64,000 bases of DNA from Candidatus Eiseniibacteriota bacterium (GTDB lineage Bacteria > Eisenbacteria > RBG-16-71-46 > CAIMUX01 > VGJL01). The notes beneath the pieces are model-generated. The model was not told the origin of the DNA, searched no databases, and worked only from the letters and a program-made list of their open reading frames with translations. Both the position numbers and the translations under genes were made by a program. Positions 1 to 9,356 of the stretch are shown here, one piece after another; the stretch's first letter is position 1, and the number at the start of each line of letters is the position of its first letter. The DNA lies in assembly GCA_016867495.1 (NCBI GenBank), contig VGJL01000001.1, forward strand, positions 7,421-71,420. Reading direction: 5' to 3'.

Positions 1-1
1 G

Positions 2-118
2 AAGTACGACGACGCGATTGCGGCCTACCGGCTGCTGCTCGAGAAGTTTCCGGAAAGCCCCCGGGCGCGCGAGGCGCGCGAGGGGCTCGCGGCGGCCGCG
101 GCGCGCAAGGGGCCCTGA
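2..118 (+). CDS. 3' end of a TPR-like protein (partial, start upstream of window)
   Basis: The in-frame translation KYDDAIAAYRLLLEKFPESPRAREAREGLAAAAARKGP ends at a TGA at 116-118. It is TPR/YbgF-like in character and its N-terminus lies outside the window. Confidence 0.35.
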   Translation, partial: KYDDAIAAYRLLLEKFPESPRAREAREGLAAAAARKGP

Positions 119-145
119 CGCGCCGCTCCCTGCGCCGTCGCGCGG

Positions 146-2917
146 TCAGTAGGTGACAACGACGAGGCCTGGGCCCTTCCCCCGAAGGGACGGAAGAGCC
201 GCACCGACATCCCGGGCCGTCACGGCCATCGGCGCTCGCAGCCTCTCGTCGATCCCAAGGGGATCTTCTCCGCTCAGCATCGCCATCCCAGCCGCATAGG
301 CCCTGTTCATCCGGGTCGCGCGCCTCATGAGGGCGCGGCCGTAGATCTGCGCCGCCTGCGTCGTCACGGCCGCGGAGTCGGGCGCGTTCGCGAGGGCCGC
401 CCCCAGGAACTCATCGAATCCGGCCAGGATCCGCGGGAGATTCTTGCTGGCGGAGCCGGCAGAGGCCGTCCAGAGGACCGTGCCGTCATCGAGCCACTCG
501 ACCGAGGAACCGATCGAGTAGGCGAGGCCCTCTGTCTCGCGGAGCTGGAACTGGATCGCGGAGGAGAGAACCGCATTCCAGACCTCGATCGCCGGTTGTG
601 TCTCGCCGTCCACCCTTCCCAGGAGGCGGGAATAGACGAGGCTTCCTTGCTTGGCGTCCATCCTGTGAACACGAAAGAGAACCGACTCGGGGAGAGCGAG
701 ACCCGGCAGGTCCGGCGGGATCGAGTCGGCGCTCGGGAGCGACCCGCGAAGGCGCGCGGCAATCGATTCCCCCAAGTCGAGCGGGGGAGGGGACGAGCCG
801 GCGGGAAGCTCGCCCAAGTGACGCTCGGCGAGCGCCACGACGTCCTCCGGCGGCAGGGAAGTTCCCACGACCAGGAGCATCCGATTGCCGATCCAGTAGC
901 GGCGCGCGAGATCGCGAAGCGCGGGGGGAGTGATCCTCGCGAGCGTCTCGGGGGTTCCGAAAACGGCGCGCGACCGCGGAGCGGAACCATGGAGCGCCCT
1001 TCGCGCGATCGCCCGCCCTGCGGTTGCGGCGCTGGCCGAGGCGCGTTGGGCTGCCGCGAGCATTGCCTTCTGCTGCTCCCCGAACTCCTCGTCGGTCCAG
1101 GCCGGAGGGCCCAGGAGCTCGGCAAGCAGGGCGAAAGCCTCCTCAGCATGCTCGTCCAAGGTCTGCAATCGGACGAAGCTGGCCCGAGGGCTCGAGTAGA
1201 AGTCGTCATAGGGGATGTTCGGGTCATCGGCCGTCTTCACCTCAGCGCCGATCCCCCTGAGCCTGCGGGCGAGCTGCTCCGGCGAGGACTTCGATGTTCG
1301 GACCTGCATCAGGCGGTGGAGCAACTCCACGGCGCCATCCAATCCATCCGGCTCGACCTCCGATCGTCCGCGAACCAGAAGATGGAGAGCGAGAACGGGG
1401 CTCTCGGCACCCGATAGAACCAGCAGATCGATGCCGTTGCGGAGGGTCGTCCTCAAGTGCGCGGCGCCAGCCCCTGAGGTGTCGTCGGGCTTCGTTTCCT
1501 CGCGGGGCAGAACGACCGCCAGCCGGAAGCGATCCCCGGGCCAGCGAGAGTGCTCCGTTTCCAGGTCTTCTATCGTGAGGCGGGCGAGCCGCTCGGGAAG
1601 CGTGAGGATCGAGGAGAGCCCCTGGCCGGCGATCTTGTCTCCGCGAACGATGCCGTAGAAGTGCGGCTTCTCCCGCAGGAAGAACTCCTCGGTTTCCTGG
1701 CTGACCTTCCATCCATGCAGATCGGACTCCGAGGGGAGTGGGATCGTCCGCAGGATCTCCGGCACGACCGGCTCGACGGCCCGCCAGTCCAGATCTGCGT
1801 CCGTCTCGACGCGGATACGCAGGAAGGTGCCCCCGGGAGCGAAGTCGAGCCACCCGCCGCAAGAGTGGATCCCGCGCGGGAAGCGCTCCCGCAGAGCCCT
1901 TTCGAACGGGGAGAAGCTCTCTCCGGCGAGGAGCGAGGTCAGACACTCGACGGCCAGGCATGCGGGTCCATCGGGGGAGGGGCCCGGAAAGGTCCATTGC
2001 TGGACCGCCGTCGCTCCCCCACTGCTGGCGACGGTAGGGGAGGGGTCCCACGCCGGCTCTGCCAGGGCTGCGGCTGGCGGAACCGGCCCCGGGGGCTCGG
2101 CCCCGAAGATCTCATGAAGCGCCCTTTCCATTTCGCTTGAAGCAAAGTCGCCAATCACCAGCACGCTCATGTTTTGCGGCGTATAGAGACCCTTATAGAA
2201 GGAGAGGATCGTCTCGCGGCTCAGGGCCTTGATCGAGCGTTCGCTGCCAAGCACCGGAAGGGCTAGCCCAAGCCCTCCTGGACCGAAGGTCATCAGATCG
2301 AGGAGCCGCTCGCGGTCGAAAGTCCCCGCGTCCTTGTCCTTGGCGAGTTCCGCTAGGATGATGCCCCTCTCTTTCTCGAGCTTCTCGGGAGGAAGGATCG
2401 AGTGAAAGAGCATGTCCCGCTGGATCTCCAGCCCCTGCCGGATCTTCTCCGATGGAGTCAGCATCATGTAGAGGACATGGTTCCGGCGCGTCGTCGCGTT
2501 GTTATAGGCGCCAAGGGCATCGACCTCCGCATAGAGCTGCTCCTGCGTCCGGCTCTCCGTCCCATTGAAGAGAAGATGCTCGAGGAAGTGGCTCGCCCCG
2601 CTCGTCGTGAAGTCCTCGCGGGCCGACCCCGAGTGGACGAAGACCGAGCTGCCGATGAGGGGGGCGGCGTGGTTCTCGAGAAGCAGGTAGGCCATGCCGT
2701 TGTCGAGGTAGCCCCAGCGTGGCGGGTTCAGATCGGCCCGCGCGCCGCCGGCAGCGACGGGGGAGAGGCATGCCAGCAGAAGGGAGAAGGCCAGGAAGCC
2801 GGCCCCGAGAGCCCTTTTGAGGCTCTGTCGTAATGGCGCATAAGAACTATTATGTAACGTAGTCAATTCAGCCCCACGCCCTGCGGCCCGCTCAAATCGC
2901 ATCGCCGTCCCTTGCAT
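146..2917 (-). CDS. M16 family zinc metallopeptidase (pitrilysin-like, two tandem M16 halves), secreted
   Basis: An inverted zinc-binding motif HFLEH (HxxEH) lies in the first half, and there are about 920 aa with two M16-like halves. A signal-peptide-like segment KRALGAGFLAFSLLLACLSPVAAGGARA is present. The six-frame ORF runs to 3253, but in-frame ATGs at 2917 and 2902 are more plausible starts, and the upstream part is R/G-rich low complexity. Confidence 0.8.
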   Translation of the reverse strand: MQGTAMRFERAAGRGAELTTLHNSSYAPLRQSLKRALGAGFLAFSLLLACLSPVAAGGARADLNPPRWGYLDNGMAYLLLENHAAPLIGSSVFVHSGSAREDFTTSGASHFLEHLLFNGTESRTQEQLYAEVDALGAYNNATTRRNHVLYMMLTPSEKIRQGLEIQRDMLFHSILPPEKLEKERGIILAELAKDKDAGTFDRERLLDLMTFGPGGLGLALPVLGSERSIKALSRETILSFYKGLYTPQNMSVLVIGDFASSEMERALHEIFGAEPPGPVPPAAALAEPAWDPSPTVASSGGATAVQQWTFPGPSPDGPACLAVECLTSLLAGESFSPFERALRERFPRGIHSCGGWLDFAPGGTFLRIRVETDADLDWRAVEPVVPEILRTIPLPSESDLHGWKVSQETEEFFLREKPHFYGIVRGDKIAGQGLSSILTLPERLARLTIEDLETEHSRWPGDRFRLAVVLPREETKPDDTSGAGAAHLRTTLRNGIDLLVLSGAESPVLALHLLVRGRSEVEPDGLDGAVELLHRLMQVRTSKSSPEQLARRLRGIGAEVKTADDPNIPYDDFYSSPRASFVRLQTLDEHAEEAFALLAELLGPPAWTDEEFGEQQKAMLAAAQRASASAATAGRAIARRALHGSAPRSRAVFGTPETLARITPPALRDLARRYWIGNRMLLVVGTSLPPEDVVALAERHLGELPAGSSPPPLDLGESIAARLRGSLPSADSIPPDLPGLALPESVLFRVHRMDAKQGSLVYSRLLGRVDGETQPAIEVWNAVLSSAIQFQLRETEGLAYSIGSSVEWLDDGTVLWTASAGSASKNLPRILAGFDEFLGAALANAPDSAAVTTQAAQIYGRALMRRATRMNRAYAAGMAMLSGEDPLGIDERLRAPMAVTARDVGAALPSLRGKGPGLVVVTY

Positions 2918-3263
2918 TCCGCCTCCTTCCCTCCAGCGGCCTGCCCCCCGCTGAACCCGCCGGGCGGCAAGCCTGTCACACAACACGCTGGCGCGCGAGC
3001 CGCTAGAGCAGCATACGCAGTCGCACGCCCCTGCCTGCCGAACGGCACGCCCCCTGCAATCCGAAACCGCGGAGGTGAGAGCGAATGGACGCAACAGCGT
3101 CCACTGAGTCTCGCCTCCTTGCGAGGGGGCCGACTCTGGGCCGCCCGTGAGCAGTCCCGGCAGCCACGGACCGCGAGAATACTCTAGGCGTTCCGTGAAT
3201 GGCTGCCAGGCACGGCGGAGGCGGATGACACCCCAAGAAATCGCCGGCGGCATGCCGGCATCC

Positions 3264-3300
3264 GATCGGGCCCCCGGCTACGTGCCCTTGGGGCCCGATC
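3264..3300. terminator. GC-rich hairpin (11-bp perfect stem GATCGGGCCCC/GGGGCCCGATC, 15-nt loop) downstream of the thioredoxin-TPR gene
   Basis: A perfect inverted repeat is seen in the sequence at 3264-3274 and 3290-3300. It lies just after the minus-strand stop at 3314. There is no clear U-tract, which is common in high-GC genomes. Confidence 0.35.
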
Positions 3301-3313
3301 ATCTATCTCCTCG

Positions 3314-4177
3314 CTAGCCGAGCTCGGCAAGCCGCTCGCGGGAGCGGGCCGCCAACCATCCCTCCGGGAGCGTCTCCAGGATCCGTCGGAACTGCTTGCG
3401 CGCCTCTTTCCTGTCCCCATCGGCGAGGCAGGACTCCGCCAGATGGTAGAGGGCGATCCCGCGCATCCTTCCCCGGCTCATCTTCGCAAGCGCCGCGAAG
3501 AGCGGGCGCGCCTCGCCCGAGCGTCCCGCCCCCATCAGCGCCCTCCCGCGCAGTAGCAGGAGATCCCCCGCTCGATCTTCCCCGAGGTCCGCCCCCGCCT
3601 CCGTCGTTTCCTCCAGCAGCGCGCATGCCTCCTCGTGGGCGCCGCGACGCAGGAGAATGCGCGCAAGGTCGATCCTCACCTCGATCAGCTCGGGATGGTC
3701 CTTCGCCCTCTGGCGGAGCGTGTACTCCTCTGCGCCGGCGTCGAGGAGACGATCCAGAAGCAGAGCGAAGTCGGACGGCGCCTTGTAGCCCCGGACTGCC
3801 TGGATCGGCGAACCGTCCCAGCGAAGGAAGACGACCGTTGGAAAGGCCGTCGCCCCGAGCTTGCGCGCGAGATCCGCCCTCTTCTCGCCATCCACGCTCA
3901 CCGCGACCATCCGGCATGAGCGTTTGACCACGGCCGGGTCCCGATAGGTCTCGCGCTCCATCTTCCGGCACCATCCGCACCAGCCCGTGTAGAAGTTCGC
4001 CAGGACGACCTTGTCCTCCACCTCGGCTTGCTCGAGCGCTGTCTCCAGATCGGCGACCCATCTTATCGCCTGAAGATCCTCGCATCTCTCCCCGGCCCCC
4101 ATCGACTCCGCGGACGCACACAGAGGGAGCAGGACGACGGCCAGCACCGCAAGGCAGCCCCGGGATCGATGCCGCAT
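3314..4177 (-). CDS. secreted thioredoxin-fold protein (WCGWC motif) with C-terminal TPR region
   Basis: There is an N-terminal signal peptide MRHRSRGCLAVLAVVLLPLCASA. A CxxC thioredoxin motif sits in NFYTGWCGWCRKME. The C-terminal half is helical and TPR-like. Confidence 0.7.
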   Translation of the reverse strand: MRHRSRGCLAVLAVVLLPLCASAESMGAGERCEDLQAIRWVADLETALEQAEVEDKVVLANFYTGWCGWCRKMERETYRDPAVVKRSCRMVAVSVDGEKRADLARKLGATAFPTVVFLRWDGSPIQAVRGYKAPSDFALLLDRLLDAGAEEYTLRQRAKDHPELIEVRIDLARILLRRGAHEEACALLEETTEAGADLGEDRAGDLLLLRGRALMGAGRSGEARPLFAALAKMSRGRMRGIALYHLAESCLADGDRKEARKQFRRILETLPEGWLAARSRERLAELG

Positions 4178-4185
4178 CGAACCGC

Positions 4186-4518
4186 CTACGAGACGCCGAG
4201 GGCGCCCGCCAGGGCGCTCTTGAGCGCATCCTTGCTCATGGCCCCGACCTGCTGGCCCACCGGCTTGCCCCCCACGAAGAAGATGAGCGTCGGGATCCCC
4301 TGGATCCCGTAGGCGCCCGGCGTCGCATGGTTCGCGTCCACATCCAGCTTCGCGAAGAGGACCTTGCCGTCCATCTCAGCCGCGAGCTCCTTGACGACCG
4401 GCGCCATCAGCCTGCAGGGATTGCACCATTCGGCCCAGAAGTCCACGACGACCGGGATCTTGCTGCTCAACACAACGCTCGCGAACGTCTCATCTGTGAC
4501 ATCGATAACCTGCGCCAT
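4186..4518 (-). CDS. trxA: thioredoxin
   Basis: The protein is 110 aa and contains the active site DFWAEWCNPCR (the WCxPC thioredoxin motif). Length and fold pattern are canonical for TrxA. Confidence 0.9.
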   Translation of the reverse strand: MAQVIDVTDETFASVVLSSKIPVVVDFWAEWCNPCRLMAPVVKELAAEMDGKVLFAKLDVDANHATPGAYGIQGIPTLIFFVGGKPVGQQVGAMSKDALKSALAGALGVS

Positions 4519-4539
4519 TTCTTCTCCTCGTTTCGCGCC

Positions 4540-5547
4540 CTACTCACCCTTGCGCGCCGTCCCCTCGGCTCGGCACACCCTCGCCAACATCGTCTCGAAA
4601 GCGGTCTCCTGTACGATGGAAGCGATCTCTCCCCTCTTGATCGCACGTTCAAGACCGTAGCACTCCCTGAGCAGCCGGAGGACGGCGCGCGGGTCGCGTC
4701 CCCCCTCTCCTCCTCCCCTCCCCCACCTCGCATCGAGGAACTTGCTTCCCATCATCCAGGTCACGGCCGCGGGAGCGAACTTCGGCCGCACCGCGGCCCA
4801 GTAGCGCAGAGCAAGCCTGACGTCCCCGCCCAGAACCGCCTGCTCGAGGTCCGCGAGCGAGCCGGCGATTCCCGACCTCAGCCAACTCCGCAAGTCCTCA
4901 TCGGTCACCTTGGCGCCCGAACCCAACCGCAGGGCGAGCCGATCGATCTCGTTCGAGATCTCCATGAGATTGGGACCGACCGCGTCGACCAGCCTGCGCG
5001 CGGCATCCTCAGGCAGGGAGAGGCCATGGCGCTCCTGGGCGAGCTTCTGCGCGAGCGCGACGCCGTCAGCATGACCCGGGTGATCGAGAGGGATCACGGC
5101 GTCGACGCGCGAGAGCGTCCCCTTCACGAACTCGCTCGCCCGCTCGAGCTCCCATAGCGGCTTCTCGCTCGTCAAGACGAGATGGACGCCGGGGCTGGGC
5201 GAGTCGAGACAGCGCCAGAACTCCTCCCGGTCGGCTTTGCCGGAACGCCCGTAGCGCTCCACTTCCGTGACGACCACGAGGCGCGCGTCGCCGAAGAGAC
5301 CCACCACCCGGAGCCCTGAGGTCAGCTGCCCAAGCGGCAACTCGCGCGCCTGGTAGGTCTCGCGGCTCCAGCGGCCGCTGTCCGCTTCCTGTCCGAGCAC
5401 AGAGCGCCGCAGGAGCGCCAGCATCTGGTCGCGGATCAAGACCTCGGGGCCCGCCAGCAGAACGCTCCCCGGAGGACCGAACTTCTCCAGGAGGGGCGCG
5501 AACTTCCCCGGCGCCGTCCGCTTCCCGCCCCAACCCGCGCTCACCAT
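4540..5547 (-). CDS. holA: DNA polymerase III delta subunit
   Basis: The C-terminal about 335 aa resemble HolA, and the gene sits immediately downstream of lptE as in the conserved lptE-holA arrangement. An in-frame ATG at 5547 forms an ATGGTGA overlap with the lptE stop. The six-frame ORF is 5'-extended to 6000 through the lptE gene in another frame. Confidence 0.75.
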   Translation of the reverse strand: MVSAGWGGKRTAPGKFAPLLEKFGPPGSVLLAGPEVLIRDQMLALLRRSVLGQEADSGRWSRETYQARELPLGQLTSGLRVVGLFGDARLVVVTEVERYGRSGKADREEFWRCLDSPSPGVHLVLTSEKPLWELERASEFVKGTLSRVDAVIPLDHPGHADGVALAQKLAQERHGLSLPEDAARRLVDAVGPNLMEISNEIDRLALRLGSGAKVTDEDLRSWLRSGIAGSLADLEQAVLGGDVRLALRYWAAVRPKFAPAAVTWMMGSKFLDARWGRGGGEGGRDPRAVLRLLRECYGLERAIKRGEIASIVQETAFETMLARVCRAEGTARKGE

Positions 5548-6056
5548 TGCTCCATCGTCCGCGCAAGGACATCCTCGGCGAGGTCCGCGATCGCCTTCCT
5601 GCGCGCCGCCTCCTCGTCGCGCAAGCCGTCCTGCCCCTCTCCGGCGACGCGGTAGACGGCCGAGACGACCAGCGACTCCTCGCTCCAGAGCTCTCTGTTC
5701 TTCACGCTGTCTCGCATCGTGAGCCCAACGCGCATGACGACGATGTAGTCCTCTGGAACCTGGGCGGCCGAGTAGTTGTGGACCTTGTTCTCGTAGGAGA
5801 CCACCCGCCCCTCGAGGATGCAGTCGGCGCGGCTCTCCCCCGCGATCTTCAGGCGGCCGTCTTGCAGGAAGCGCTGGGTGATCGCATCGGTCACCTCGTT
5901 CGCCAGCGCTGGCTCGTGAGTGTCGTTCATCAGGATCGGAACGGAGACGCTCTTGATGTGCGACGGCAGCGAGCTGCCCGTGAAGGAGTAGATCCCGCAA
6001 CCCGAGGCGAGAAGAGCGACCCAGGCGAGATGGCAGGCGCGCGCACGATTCCCCAT
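5541..6056 (-). CDS. lptE: LPS-assembly lipoprotein LptE (RlpB family)
   Basis: There is a lipoprotein signal with a lipobox Cys (LLASGCGIYSF). The size is about 170 aa, and the conserved position upstream of holA supports the call. Confidence 0.65.
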   Translation of the reverse strand: MGNRARACHLAWVALLASGCGIYSFTGSSLPSHIKSVSVPILMNDTHEPALANEVTDAITQRFLQDGRLKIAGESRADCILEGRVVSYENKVHNYSAAQVPEDYIVVMRVGLTMRDSVKNRELWSEESLVVSAVYRVAGEGQDGLRDEEAARRKAIADLAEDVLARTMEQW

Positions 6057-6093
6057 GGACGGAGTATAGGAAGCGCGCGCGCGCGGGACAACT

Positions 6094-7521
6094 CTAGGGC
6101 TCGCGCGCCCCCACAGGCTCGCGCAGCCCGTACTGCTTCATTCGATATCTGAGCTTGTCGCGGGTCGTCTGGAGGATCTCCGCGGCCCGGGTCTGATTCC
6201 CGCCGGCCGCCTCGAAGACTCGGCCGATCAACCCTCTCTCGACCGCCTCCATCCACTCCTCGAAGGGAATGCCGCCCGGGTCGATCTTGCCGTCGACCAT
6301 CACCCTTCGGATCGCATCCAGGAGATCTCCTCCGCCTCCCGCCCCGACCGCCTCTCCGCCCATCTTGAGCTGCTCGGCCTCGATCCTCTCTCCATCCTCC
6401 AGGAGCACGGTCCGTTCGATGACGTTCCGCAGCTCGCGAATGTTGCCGGGCCAGGCGTACTCGAGCAGCTTCGCCATCGCCTGGGGGCGGATGCCCCGGA
6501 AGCGCCTGCGGAATGCCTTGCTGAAGAAGGAGACGAAGTGCTCCGCCAGCAGGGGGATGTCCTCCCGTCTCTCGCGGAGGGCGGGCATTCGGATCGGCAC
6601 GACCATCAGACGGTAGTAGAGGTCCTCGCGGAAGCGCCCCTCCCCCACCATCCGCGCCAGATCCTGGTTGGTCGCGGAGAGGATCCGCACGGAAACCTGG
6701 ATGTCCCGGGTTCCGCCGACCCTCCGGAACGACATGTTCTCCAGCACCTTCAGGACCTTGACCTGGAGGTTCGGGCTCATCTCGCCGATCTCGTCCAGGA
6801 ACAGGCTGCCTCCGTCGGCGAGCTCCAGGAGTCCCTGCTTCCTCGCGCGGGCGTCCGTGAAGGCCCCCTTCTCATGCCCGAAGAGCTCAGACTCGAGAAG
6901 CTCCCGCGGGATCGCCGCGCAGTTGATCTCGAGGAAGGGGCCGTTGGCGAGAGGGCCCATGTCGTGGATGTAGCGGGCGATCACCTGCTTTCCCGTGCCG
7001 CTCTCGCCGGTGATCAGCACGCTCGTCGTGTCGCTGGCGGCTACCTTCTCGGCGACGTCATAGACGGCCTGGATCGCCGGCGAGGTCCCGCGCACGAATT
7101 CGCGTTCGTAACGCTCCTTCTCGTGCCGGCGCCGCATCGAAAGCTCCCTGAACGCCCGCGCCGACTCCAGAGCCTTGCCGCAGAGCACCTGGACCTGCTC
7201 GAGGTTCACCGGTTTGATCAGGAAGTCGTAGGCGCCAGCCTTCATCGCCGCCACGGCGGTCTGCACCTCGCCATAGGCCGTCATGACGATCACGGGCAGC
7301 TCCGGCTCCCGCTCGCGCAGGCGCTCGAGGAGGTCGATTCCGGATCCGTCCGGAAGACGGAGATCGAGGAGGACGAGATCGGCGCCGTCGGCGGTCGCCC
7401 TCTCCCATCCCTCGGCCAGCGTGCCGGCCGAGCGCACTGCGTACCCTTGCTGCTCCATCGCCCGGGTGAGGAAATGGCGCAACGATTCCTGGTCGTCGAT
7501 GATCAATACGGAAGCCGACAT
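6094..7521 (-). CDS. NtrC-family (sigma-54-type AAA+) response regulator
   Basis: A receiver domain (LVLLDLRLPDGSG) is followed by a AAA+ Walker A motif GESGTGKQ and an ESELFGHEKGAFTDA motif. A C-terminal Fis-type HTH completes the architecture. The GAFTGA loop reads GAFTDA in this sequence. Confidence 0.9.
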   Translation of the reverse strand: MSASVLIIDDQESLRHFLTRAMEQQGYAVRSAGTLAEGWERATADGADLVLLDLRLPDGSGIDLLERLREREPELPVIVMTAYGEVQTAVAAMKAGAYDFLIKPVNLEQVQVLCGKALESARAFRELSMRRRHEKERYEREFVRGTSPAIQAVYDVAEKVAASDTTSVLITGESGTGKQVIARYIHDMGPLANGPFLEINCAAIPRELLESELFGHEKGAFTDARARKQGLLELADGGSLFLDEIGEMSPNLQVKVLKVLENMSFRRVGGTRDIQVSVRILSATNQDLARMVGEGRFREDLYYRLMVVPIRMPALRERREDIPLLAEHFVSFFSKAFRRRFRGIRPQAMAKLLEYAWPGNIRELRNVIERTVLLEDGERIEAEQLKMGGEAVGAGGGGDLLDAIRRVMVDGKIDPGGIPFEEWMEAVERGLIGRVFEAAGGNQTRAAEILQTTRDKLRYRMKQYGLREPVGAREP

Positions 7522-7532
7522 GCGGATCCTCC

Positions 7533-9287
7533 CTACGGGATCGGATCGGGCAGCCTGAGCGTCACCCGCGTTCCTCGCCCCTGCTCGGAGGCGATATCGA
7601 TCTCGCCGCCGTGCTGGCCAACGATTCCGCGGCAGACATACAGGCCAAGACCCGTCCCGGTTGGTTTCGTCGAGTAGAAGGGCTCAAAGATGTGGGCGAG
7701 GTGTTCCGGCGGAATCCCAGCGCCCCCGTCCTGTATCCAGAGCAGAGTCGAGGGCCCGCCGCCGGGATCCTTCTCCCAGCCGACCTCGATCCGACCGCCG
7801 GGCCGCGACGCCTCGGCGGCATTTACGAGCAAGTTCACCAGGACCTGGAGCAGCCGGTCCACGTCCACGTCGATCTCGGCTTCCCCGTCAGCCGCCCGCC
7901 TCGGCTCGACAATAAGGCTGAGGTTGCGCTCGCGGAGGGCCGGCTCGACTGCCTGACGCGCCCGCAGAATCAGGTCCTCGACGCGGATGCGAGTCCTCTG
8001 GAGAGGCTGATTCCTGGAGGGCTCGAGCAGATCCCGCACGATCCGATCGAGACGGGCGATTTCGGCCTGCACGAACTTCAGGTCGCCCTGATTCTCCGCG
8101 GGAAGCGCTCGCGACAGGAACTCGACGCCGGCTCCGATCGCGGCCAGGGGATTGCGGATCTCGTGCGCGACCGACCCGGCGAAGCGACCCAGGGCGGCCA
8201 GCCGGTCGAGTCTGCGGACCTCCGCTTCCATCGTCCGGATCGGACGCAGATCCGAGAAGGTCGCGACGATCCCGCCCTGCGCGCCGTCATCCCCGTTCAG
8301 GGGAACCACGGTCACGCTGACCGGGACCTTCTCCCCCTCGGAGGCGATGCCCGCCTCAGCCTGGGTGATCCGTTCGCGCTTGGCCAGGCCCTGCAGACAG
8401 TGACGCACGAGAGCGGGCGCGCGGCCTCCAAGGTCCTCCACCTGGCGCCCTAGGACGTCCGCCGCCTTCAGGCCGAGCATCGAGAGCGCCGCCGGATTCG
8501 CCGCGTTCACTCTTCCATTCCCGTCTGTGGCGAGCAGTCCATCTCCCATCGCCTCGAGGAGACACTCACGAAACTCCTGTTCCTGCCGGCTGCGGCGGCT
8601 CTGCCGAACGCTGTCGAGGAGCGTCGCGGTTTGAAACCCCAGCTCGGCGAGATCGAATGGGTCCTCGCCGGCGCCGGAATCGTGAGCGGGGCGTACCGCC
8701 AGGACTCCGATCACGCCGCCCTCTTCATGGGACAGCGCCTCGTCCCGCTCGCCGTTCCTCGCGCCCGAGCGCAGGGGAAGGATGAGGGGAAGGCAAGGCG
8801 GCGCCCCGACCGTCCCGCTCCGGGCGGCGCCCCGGACGGTCTCCCCGCCGAGGGCCGATTCCCATGCCGTGCCTCGAAGAAGCTCCTCCGGCCAGGCGAC
8901 CGCCTCGCAGTGCGGGCCGTCGCCCGAGCGGGCCCTGTATCCCTGAAGCCGGCCGTCGTCGCGCCGCGTGAGCAGGAGCACCTCCGCCAGGGCGTAGGCG
9001 TGCCGAAGGTAGAGAGTGACGGTCCTCAGGGTCCGCTCCTCCTCGGGCTGGCGGAGGAGCGTCTCAGTCAGCTCCCGCAGGGCCGCGAGACGCACATCCT
9101 CCTCGATCAGCCTGCGCTGCTTCTTCTCCAGAAGCTCCAGGATCGGCCAGAGGACCATCTCGGCGTCCCCGTGGGGCGCGAGCAACGGAACTTCAGGGAT
9201 GAGCGCCCTCAGATCGTCCAGGCGCGCGCGTAGCGTGGCCCTTGCGGGCCTTTCGACCCGCAGGCGCGAAGTTGCTTTGCCGGGCAA
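7533..9287 (-). CDS. soluble sensor histidine kinase (GAF/PAS-HisKA-HATPase)
   Basis: An H-box HEIRNPLAAI and G-boxes (GGAGIPPEHLAHIFEPF, GTGLGLYVCRGIV) are present. No obvious TM segments are visible. It is located 12 bp upstream of the NtrC-like regulator. Confidence 0.85.
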   Translation of the reverse strand: MPGKATSRLRVERPARATLRARLDDLRALIPEVPLLAPHGDAEMVLWPILELLEKKQRRLIEEDVRLAALRELTETLLRQPEEERTLRTVTLYLRHAYALAEVLLLTRRDDGRLQGYRARSGDGPHCEAVAWPEELLRGTAWESALGGETVRGAARSGTVGAPPCLPLILPLRSGARNGERDEALSHEEGGVIGVLAVRPAHDSGAGEDPFDLAELGFQTATLLDSVRQSRRSRQEQEFRECLLEAMGDGLLATDGNGRVNAANPAALSMLGLKAADVLGRQVEDLGGRAPALVRHCLQGLAKRERITQAEAGIASEGEKVPVSVTVVPLNGDDGAQGGIVATFSDLRPIRTMEAEVRRLDRLAALGRFAGSVAHEIRNPLAAIGAGVEFLSRALPAENQGDLKFVQAEIARLDRIVRDLLEPSRNQPLQRTRIRVEDLILRARQAVEPALRERNLSLIVEPRRAADGEAEIDVDVDRLLQVLVNLLVNAAEASRPGGRIEVGWEKDPGGGPSTLLWIQDGGAGIPPEHLAHIFEPFYSTKPTGTGLGLYVCRGIVGQHGGEIDIASEQGRGTRVTLRLPDPIP

Positions 9288-9356
9288 ACCGACGCCCTCC
9301 GTTGGGTTTCCCCACGGATATCGGCGCTGCGGAACGAGCGGTTGAGGAACTTTGCG

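Noticed and set aside
596-1417. 273-aa plus-strand ORF, plus several smaller ORFs, antisense to the M16 peptidase gene
   Set aside because: They are Arg/Gly/Pro-rich low-complexity translations, typical of the reverse strand of high-GC coding DNA. They have no motifs and are fully contained in a well-supported minus-strand gene.
2918-3260. Possible small RNA in the 400-bp gap between the thioredoxin-TPR gene and the M16 peptidase gene (several short hairpins, for example GGACGCAACAGCGTCC)
   Set aside because: Short GC hairpins are abundant by chance at 70% GC. Nothing resembles a known RNA family that I can recognise by eye.
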